Positions 16,562-23,334 of a stretch of 38,189 bases of DNA are shown here, piece after piece. The notes under the pieces are model-generated. The model searched no databases, was not told the origin of the DNA, and worked only from the letters and a program-made list of their open reading frames with translations. This DNA comes from an uncultured Eubacteriales bacterium. Lineage in GTDB: Bacteria; Bacillota; Clostridia; Oscillospirales; Acutalibacteraceae. Positions within the stretch are counted from its first letter, which is position 1, and the number at the start of each line of letters is the position of its first letter. The DNA is taken from the NCBI GenBank assembly GCA_934615635.1, contig CAKTTT010000001.1:1-38189 (forward strand), in the 5' to 3' direction. The position numbers and the translations under genes are program-made.

Positions 16562-16585
16562 CCTCCTCTCGTCAGCTTGTTTTTT
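16537..16585. terminator. Bidirectional rho-independent terminator
   Basis: A7 (16537-16543), 11-bp stem CAAGCTGACGA (16544-16554) / TCGTCAGCTTG (16569-16579), T6 (16580-16585). Confidence 0.8.
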
Positions 16586-16699
16586 ATCGATATTTCCATC
16601 GCTTGGCGCGAATGGGATCAGCCGGAGGCAGCGCCTCGTCCGTTTGCCCAGGCCTGCACCAGGCCGCTTTCGCAAACGTCAGGGCTTTCGCGGCGCGTT

Positions 16700-17527
16700 T
16701 TATTCTTTCAGCAGGCCTTCCACCGCGTCCGCCGCGCCGTCCAGCTCCTCGCAGATCACCCGTTCGATCTCGCCGCTGTCGCACAGCCGGGCCACCTGCT
16801 CATCCATGGGCAGCTTGGCCAGCACGGAAACCCCCATCTCCTCCGCCGCCTTTTCCAGGCCGCTGCCGTCACCGAACAGCGGGATCAGCTTGCCGCAATC
16901 CGGACATTTGACGCTGCTCATGTTTTCCACCAGTCCCAGCACGGGGATGTGGAGCATCTGCGCCATCTTGTGGGCCTTGCTCACCACCATCTGCACCAGG
17001 GATTGGGGGGTGGAGACGATTACCGCGCCGTCCAGCGGGATAGACTGATACAGCGTCAGCGGAATATCCCCGGTTCCGGGGGGCATATCGATGAACAGCA
17101 CGTCCAGCTCACCCCAGGCCACATCGGTCCAGAACTGGGTCACCGCGCCGGCCAGCACCGGGCCCCGCCAGATCACCGGCTGATCCTCATTCTCCAGCAG
17201 CAGGTTGATGGACATCACCTTGATGCCCATGTGGGTCTCCTCCGGCATGATCCCCATGGCGCTGCCCCGGGCCTTCCGGGTGATGCCGAAGGCCTTGGGG
17301 ATGGAGGGACCGGTGATATCCGCGTCCAAAACCCCCACCTTGTAGCCCCGGCGGGCCATCAGCACCGCCAACATGGCGGTTACGGAGGATTTCCCCACCC
17401 CTCCCTTGCCGCTGGATACCGCTACCACCCGTTTGATCTGGCTGTACTCGTTGAGCTGCGCCCGCAGATCCTTCTCTTCGCAGGCCTGTCCGCAGCTCTC
17501 GCAATCGTGGTTGCACGTCTCGCTCAT
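16700..17527 (-). CDS. Mrp/NBP35/ApbC-family Fe-S cluster carrier ATPase
   Basis: N-terminal Cys cluster CNHDCESCGQAC, deviant Walker A SGKGGVGKSS and CPDCG motif. Start taken at MSETC (17527); the track ORF extends to 17557. Confidence 0.85.
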   Translation of the reverse strand: MSETCNHDCESCGQACEEKDLRAQLNEYSQIKRVVAVSSGKGGVGKSSVTAMLAVLMARRGYKVGVLDADITGPSIPKAFGITRKARGSAMGIMPEETHMGIKVMSINLLLENEDQPVIWRGPVLAGAVTQFWTDVAWGELDVLFIDMPPGTGDIPLTLYQSIPLDGAVIVSTPQSLVQMVVSKAHKMAQMLHIPVLGLVENMSSVKCPDCGKLIPLFGDGSGLEKAAEEMGVSVLAKLPMDEQVARLCDSGEIERVICEELDGAADAVEGLLKE

Positions 17528-17631
17528 TGTCCTTCGTCCTTTCCTCATCCATAACAAAAGGCACCCGCCCGACGTGCGGATACCTTCTGCTTATGTCGAA
17601 TGATCGCTTTCTCCTCCCGATCAGGCGGAAA

Positions 17632-18303
17632 TCAAGCGGATTTTTCCTCCGCCGTGATGGCGGGATTGGCGCCCTCCCGCACGTCCTTGGATTCCAGGAC
17701 GCAGCTAACGGTTTTCACCAGCACCCGCACGTCCGTGCGAAAGGAGAGCATCTGAACATATTCCGCATCCAGCCGGGCTTTTTCCGCCACTGTGACATTG
17801 TCCCTGCCGTTGACCTGCGCCCAGCCGGTGAGGCCGGGCCGTACCAGGCAGGAACGATTCTTCGTGCGGAGATCCAGCAGATCCGTCTCGGTCAGCACCA
17901 CCGGGCGGGGCCCCACAAAGCTCATATCCCCCTTGAGGATGTTGATGAGCTGGGGCAGTTCGTCCAGGCTGAGCTTGCGCATGATCCTCCCGGTCCGGGA
18001 GATGTAGCCTTCCGCGCCCTGCAGCTTGTGGGTGGCTACATTGGCCGGAGCGTCCGAACTCATGGTGCGGATTTTCAGCATTTTGAAGGGGCGGTTGAAT
18101 CGTCCCATCCGCTCCTGTACAAATACGGGGGAACTTTTGGTATCCAGCGCGGCTATGGCCATCAGAATCAAAAACAGGGGTGACAACGCAACAAGGAATA
18201 CAATGGAGAACACTATATCCAATGAACGCTTGGCAACAGCATATCCTCGTTTTTGTTTCTGAAAGGCGCGATAGTAATAGCTCATGGGTAGAATCTTTTC
18301 CAT
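17632..18303 (-). CDS. Small monotopic phosphoglycosyl transferase (bacterial sugar transferase family, PglC/EpsL-like), copy A
   Basis: 223-aa ORF with an N-terminal re-entrant hydrophobic helix and conserved LSLDELPQLINILKGDMSFVGPRP, GLTGWAQVNGR. Confidence 0.85.
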   Translation of the reverse strand: MEKILPMSYYYRAFQKQKRGYAVAKRSLDIVFSIVFLVALSPLFLILMAIAALDTKSSPVFVQERMGRFNRPFKMLKIRTMSSDAPANVATHKLQGAEGYISRTGRIMRKLSLDELPQLINILKGDMSFVGPRPVVLTETDLLDLRTKNRSCLVRPGLTGWAQVNGRDNVTVAEKARLDAEYVQMLSFRTDVRVLVKTVSCVLESKDVREGANPAITAEEKSA

Positions 18304-18408
18304 GGCGGTATCGCCTCCCTTTGACGTGACAACACTCTATAGCATCATGATCGTATTTTTCCCACAATTGGCCAGTTTAAAACCGGCGGTCCCCAGGTAC
18401 TGAACTGC

Positions 18409-18437
18409 ATTATACTATCCTATTTCACAAAAATCAA
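18409..18437 (-). promoter_or_regulatory. Putative promoter of sugar transferase copy A
   Basis: On the minus strand: TTGATT (18437-18432), 17-nt spacer, TATAAT (18414-18409). It lies about 100 nt upstream of ATG 18303. Confidence 0.45.
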
Positions 18438-18618
18438 GTTTCATTTTTGTAATCTGGATGAAATTTCGTGTTCACAAATCCGATTTGGCCTGACAAAATC
18501 CTTGTAAAATGCCGGTTAAGAAGGCATCGCGGGCTTTGAGCAAAGTCCAGAAATAGGGTTTATAGACAGGGACGGAGCGGGAATACTACAAACAGGATCC
18601 CTGAAGGAGGACAAGGCG

Positions 18619-19263
18619 GTGAAAAATTGGTATAAACCGGTAAAAAGGGCGGCGGACCTGGCGGGAGCCCTGCTGCTGATGGGGATATTATCTCCCCTTT
18701 TCCTCCTGATTATGCTTGCCATCGCCGTGGATTCCGAGGGCGGGGTGCTGTTTGCCCAATCCCGAATGGGGAAGGACGGACGCCCCTTTATTATATTCAA
18801 GTTCCGCACCATGTATCCCCAGGCGCCGGCGGACACCCCCACCGGCGCGCTGGACGATCCCTCCCGGCATATCACGCCAGTGGGCCGTTTTCTGCGGCGT
18901 ACCAGTCTGGATGAGCTGCCTCAGCTTTTCAACATCCTCAAGGGGGATATGAGTTTTATCGGCCCCCGCCCGGTGGTGCTGGCGGAGCGGGCGCTGATCG
19001 GTCTGCGCCGGGCAAAGGGTGCGGACCGGGTACGGCCGGGCATCACCGGTCTGGCTCAGGTACAGGGAAGGGACGAGGTCCCGGCCCGTCGCAAGGCCTG
19101 CTACGATGCCTACTATGCCCGGCATATGGGGCCCGGCCTGGACGCCTGGATTTTTATGCGGACCTTTCGCTGTGTGTTCACCGGCGAGGGGATGCGGGAA
19201 GGCGCGGCCCCCCGGACCGCCAGGCAATGGCAGAGAACCGCCCGGCGGCGCTACCGGCCCTGA
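18619..19263 (+). CDS. Small monotopic phosphoglycosyl transferase (bacterial sugar transferase family), copy B
   Basis: 214-aa ORF with GTG start and SD GAAGGAGG 8 nt upstream. Conserved TSLDELPQLFNILKGDMSFIGPRP, GITGLAQVQGR. Confidence 0.85.
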   Translation: MKNWYKPVKRAADLAGALLLMGILSPLFLLIMLAIAVDSEGGVLFAQSRMGKDGRPFIIFKFRTMYPQAPADTPTGALDDPSRHITPVGRFLRRTSLDELPQLFNILKGDMSFIGPRPVVLAERALIGLRRAKGADRVRPGITGLAQVQGRDEVPARRKACYDAYYARHMGPGLDAWIFMRTFRCVFTGEGMREGAAPRTARQWQRTARRRYRP

Positions 19264-19511
19264 GCGGCCGCCGGATCACCCCGGAAACCGGGCATACATA
19301 TCATTCGCCGCCCCAAAAGCCTTCTTTCCCGCCCGGCGGACAGGACGTCAGGGAGGATCCCTCTATCTTAATTGTGATGAAAGCCAAATTCGCTGTCCCT
19401 AATATTTCTCAAGCAATCCGCAAACATCCCCGCGGTATTCTCTGGTTGTCCGGCGGGGAAGGAGGCTTGATCCCCCCGGAAAATCCTACTGTATAAAAGG
19501 AGCGATCCTGT

Positions 19512-20052
19512 ATGAAGGACACCCCAAACACTGCCAGTTTCATCGGCTACGAGTATAAAAGCCTGACGGTAAACCGCCGGATGAAGTCCGTCTACGCCGA
19601 CGGCTACCAAAATTTCGGCTGGAAGCTGGAGGACGTTTCTGCTCCCCCTGACGGCGGGCGGCGCCCTTTCCATGAAATTCAAGCGCGACCGCAAGATCCG
19701 CAACAAAGCGGAACTGACCAGGCTGCAGCGCCAATTTGAAGCCTGCGCCGACGAGATTGTGGAGCTGGAACGCTCCAAAACGGTCGCCGCCTCCATCACG
19801 GCCTATATCATAGGACTGATAGGCACCGCCTTCATGGCCGGCTCGGTCTTCGCAGTCACGGCGGAGCCGCCCCGCGCGGCGCTGTGCGCCATCCTCGCGG
19901 TCCCAGGGTTCATCGGCTGGATCCTTCCCTATTTCTGCTACCGCGCCATCCGCCGGAGAAAAACGAACCGTCTTTCCCCCCTGATCGAGAAAAAATACGA
20001 CGAGCTATATGACGTATGCGAAAAGGCCAACGGCCTGCTGGGTGGAGAGTGA
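19512..20052 (+). pseudogene. Membrane-protein gene interrupted by a +1 frameshift at a C5 tract
   Basis: Track ORFs 19512-19739 and 19672-20052 overlap in adjacent frames. The total span of 541 nt is 3n+1. Removing one C from CCCCC (19644-19648) gives a continuous 179-aa reading ...GWKLEDVSAPLTAGGALSMKFKRDRKIRNK... with a C-terminal TM hairpin. Confidence 0.6.
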
Positions 20053-20759
20053 TGGAGGACGGAGGAAGGGCGGACGCCGGATTGAAGGGAAAAATAGCCG
20101 CATATAAGAAACGATATTGGGGGAATTACCACGACCGCACCCTGACGGCCTCCCATATCTCCTTCGTAATCAACGCGTTGATCGGCGTCGGCAAGCTGAT
20201 CCTCGGATTGGCGGTACGGTCGCCGTGGTTTATCGCCACCGCCGTTTATTATCTGCTTTTATGCGCAGCAAGGGGCGAGGCGCTGCGGCAATATCGGAAG
20301 GCCGGGGCCAAGGCGTCTCCCTCGGCACGATTCCGCCGCCAGCGCCGGGTTTACCAGCGGGGCGGCGGGTTTATCTGTCTGCTGGCGATATCCTATTTTC
20401 TGGTTTGTCTGCGTATGTATACTGCCGGCGATCACAGCCGCTACCCCTATTACATCCTATATGGCGTGGCCGCTGCGGCTTTCTACAAAATCGGCATGGC
20501 CATCTACGGCATCGTCATCACCGGCAGAATGAAAAACCCGCTTCTCTCCACATTAAAGGCCATCAGCCTGGTGGATGCCTGCGTTTCCATCGTCGCGGTG
20601 CAATGCGCCCTGCTGGTAATGAATGAGTCCCCGATGGCGACCGCCAGCAGCGCCCTGCTCGGCATGGGCTGTAGCCTGCTGTTTCTCGGCTTCGGCCTGT
20701 TTATGCTGCTGCGCAGGCGCCTTCCCTCCCCGGCCGAGAACAGCGAGGCGGAAAAGTAG
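20052..20759 (+). CDS. Polytopic membrane protein, unknown function
   Basis: ATG 20052 overlaps the upstream stop (TGATG), with SD GGTGGAGAG. About 6 hydrophobic segments. The track ORF starts at 20016. Confidence 0.65.
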   Translation: MEDGGRADAGLKGKIAAYKKRYWGNYHDRTLTASHISFVINALIGVGKLILGLAVRSPWFIATAVYYLLLCAARGEALRQYRKAGAKASPSARFRRQRRVYQRGGGFICLLAISYFLVCLRMYTAGDHSRYPYYILYGVAAAAFYKIGMAIYGIVITGRMKNPLLSTLKAISLVDACVSIVAVQCALLVMNESPMATASSALLGMGCSLLFLGFGLFMLLRRRLPSPAENSEAEK

Positions 20760-20768
20760 GTCGATCTT

Positions 20769-23267
20769 CTATATCTGTTCCAGCGGGCCGCCGGCCTCGT
20801 AGATGCGGTAAAAGGCGCCGCGGATATGCAGCAGGGCCACGTTGTTCCAATAGGGGTGCAATCCGTTCAGGTAATACGGGTGGACAACCCGGCGGGTAAA
20901 GAGATTCCCCCCCAGCAATCCTTCGCTGTTTGTGGCGACATATAGGACGGACCGGCGATCGTCGTAAGGGTGGGGAACCACCTGCATGGCTATATATTCC
21001 CCTGTCAACGTCTGTTCCTGACAGACCACCCCCCCTTCCCCGCATTCCATCCAAAGCCTGTTCCGTATCCGCTGGGCATAGGGGTTCCCGCCGCCGCTGT
21101 CCAGGATGATCAGATTGTGGCTGAATATCCCCGCCGGCGCCTCCCCGGCCCGATAAATGGGATACTCCACCGCGATGTCCCCGCCGCCTCCGTTGGTATG
21201 GGGCCGGGAGAAAGCTTCCGCCGCCTTCCGCAGCGCCTCGGACGGCTCGTCCGGCAGCAGAATCCGCAGACTGTCCTGATAAACGTCCAGAATCCCCGTC
21301 CCCTTCCGGTAATCCGGCCGGGGCTCCTGCGCACAAATCCTCCAGGTCTTTCCCCTGCGCAGAATCACCTGCCGCTTCTCATACCCCTCCATATGCAGCC
21401 TCACCTTGTTCACCACGATATCCAGGCTTTTCCGGTCCGCCTCCGGCGGCAGGGTCAGGGTGACCCCGTCGCTCCCCCGGACCCTCAGCTCGATATGGGA
21501 AGGGGACGCCAGGGTCGCCTCCACCGCGGCCGTCCGCCGGCCGAAAGCAATCCCATGCAGCCGGACCCAGAAGCTCTCCAAAAACCGGTTGCGCTGGGTG
21601 GTGAAATGGATGTGCCGCGGAAAGGGATCCCGCCGCGCCTGAAACAGGGATGCCAGCATATCCCGGTGGTGATGATGATAATTGAAATGATGGTGCAGCA
21701 TCTCCTCATAATCCTGCTGATGGTAATTCCCGTATGCCGTCAGCGCGTTTTTGACTTCGTTCTTGTGCCCGGCGAAAACAAGGTCCTTTCCGGATACGAA
21801 GGTGTAAGTCGGGGTGTTGGAGAGATTGCGGATGGTCTTCATCTGCGGATAACCGATCACGGGGCTGATGGCGGCCGCTAAATGGGGGATATTCTGCGCC
21901 AGGGCATAGGTGGCGTATCCGCCGTTGGATCTGCCGATGACGTACACCCGGTTTTCATCTATCCGGAACTTGCCGCCGATCCATCGCCAGATCTCCATAA
22001 TACTGGCATATCCCGCATAGCTGCCCCCGGTAAAGCCCCGGCCGGTGACGTCGAAGCACAGGCAGCGCTCGGGCAGATTTTTTTCATCCAGCTCGTCGCA
22101 ATAGGTTCCTTCATTCTCTGTCGCCAGGATCAGCAACGCCGGATAAGCCTGGGCCGGATCGTAATCCGCCGGCAGGTAAGCGCCGATGCGAACGATGCGA
22201 TTGTCCAAAACGGAGCGGATATAAAAATCCCGCTTCCCCGGCTTCATCCACTCATCCGGGGTATACAGCCCCTTTTTCACCCGTTCCAGATGTTCCCGGA
22301 TCCGGTAAGCGTTCAGCAACTGCTGCAGCGTGTTTTCCGCCATCCCGTAAATCTCATGGCGCTCCAGCAGATGGCTGTGATATGGCTCCAGCCAACCGGG
22401 CAGTTCCCAGGTGAGCGCCTTCGCCTCCTCATACAGCCGCTGGGCGGCCGGCCGGTAATCCGTCAGCAGCAGCGGCACATCGTAATGGCTGTCCTCCCCC
22501 TCCTTTTTGCGAAACCGGCACCGAATCCACTCGTTGCGCAGCGGCTCCGCGCTGAGAGAGCGCAGCTCTCCCACCTCCAGCGTCACCGGTTCGTTGAGGC
22601 GGGCGGGAATACCCCGGCGTACCACGCCCGCCGCACTGTCGATGATGTCGATCTCGTAATCCCGCTCATATTTTCCCGAGCCGGAAAACATCATCAGGGT
22701 GTGGGTCGCTCCCTCCAGATCGAAGAGGGGGTCGGTGCGCACCTCCAGCACCGGATCCAAGTGAAACAAACCTCCCATTCTGGAGAGGGCTTTAAAGTCA
22801 TTGCTCATTTCGAATCTGTAATCCAATAGTTGCAGAAAAACAGAATGGTATCCCGGGGCAGAATAAAATTCCAGCAGAATATGATTGGCTCCCTTTTCCA
22901 GATCCGCCGATACATAATATTGCTTCTGCCAGTCAAAGGTCTGGATCAGCACCGCTTTCTTGTTGACCCACAGCCTGCCACGGGGCGAGAAAAAGGCATT
23001 GATGATACATTTCCTTTTTCTACAACTGTATACTTTCGCATACAACCACGTCCGCCGCCCCATGTTCATCTGCTGAAAGGAATGAAATAGCTCCCGCCTT
23101 GCATCGGCTCCATCCTGATGCTCTATCATCTCCGTTATCTTCTGATCCATCACGTTTTCAAATATTTCGTGTTCATCTTTTACATGATCGTCGCTCTCCA
23201 GCACCACAAATTCCGTCAGCAGCAACGGCTTCTTCCCAAATGTATATCCCCGGTATCCTTCCATCAT
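20769..23267 (-). CDS. Large multidomain alpha/beta-hydrolase-like protein (serine esterase/peptidase fold), paralog 1
   Basis: 832-aa ORF. Central nucleophile elbow RVYVIGRSNGGYATYAL (G-x-S-x-G). No signal peptide. The second ATG (23264) has better SD spacing (AAGGAG). Collinear with the next gene. Confidence 0.75.
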   Translation of the reverse strand: MMEGYRGYTFGKKPLLLTEFVVLESDDHVKDEHEIFENVMDQKITEMIEHQDGADARRELFHSFQQMNMGRRTWLYAKVYSCRKRKCIINAFFSPRGRLWVNKKAVLIQTFDWQKQYYVSADLEKGANHILLEFYSAPGYHSVFLQLLDYRFEMSNDFKALSRMGGLFHLDPVLEVRTDPLFDLEGATHTLMMFSGSGKYERDYEIDIIDSAAGVVRRGIPARLNEPVTLEVGELRSLSAEPLRNEWIRCRFRKKEGEDSHYDVPLLLTDYRPAAQRLYEEAKALTWELPGWLEPYHSHLLERHEIYGMAENTLQQLLNAYRIREHLERVKKGLYTPDEWMKPGKRDFYIRSVLDNRIVRIGAYLPADYDPAQAYPALLILATENEGTYCDELDEKNLPERCLCFDVTGRGFTGGSYAGYASIMEIWRWIGGKFRIDENRVYVIGRSNGGYATYALAQNIPHLAAAISPVIGYPQMKTIRNLSNTPTYTFVSGKDLVFAGHKNEVKNALTAYGNYHQQDYEEMLHHHFNYHHHHRDMLASLFQARRDPFPRHIHFTTQRNRFLESFWVRLHGIAFGRRTAAVEATLASPSHIELRVRGSDGVTLTLPPEADRKSLDIVVNKVRLHMEGYEKRQVILRRGKTWRICAQEPRPDYRKGTGILDVYQDSLRILLPDEPSEALRKAAEAFSRPHTNGGGGDIAVEYPIYRAGEAPAGIFSHNLIILDSGGGNPYAQRIRNRLWMECGEGGVVCQEQTLTGEYIAMQVVPHPYDDRRSVLYVATNSEGLLGGNLFTRRVVHPYYLNGLHPYWNNVALLHIRGAFYRIYEAGGPLEQI

Positions 23268-23334
23268 ATTCTCCTTCCCGCGTCTCTCAGCTTGTTCGCC
23301 TGTTCCCGTAAGATTCCTCCCGGCCCCTCTCCCT

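Noticed and set aside
17558-17631. Possible terminator between sugar transferase A and the Mrp gene (GCAC...GTGC followed by CTTTTGTT on the minus strand)
   Set aside because: Only a 4-bp stem can be drawn, which is too weak to call.
16577-18367. ORFs of 325 aa (+), 218 aa (+) and 220 aa (-) overlapping the Mrp and sugar transferase genes
   Set aside because: They are antisense or out of frame relative to genes with strong family signatures, and their composition is His/Gly/Arg/Pro-rich.
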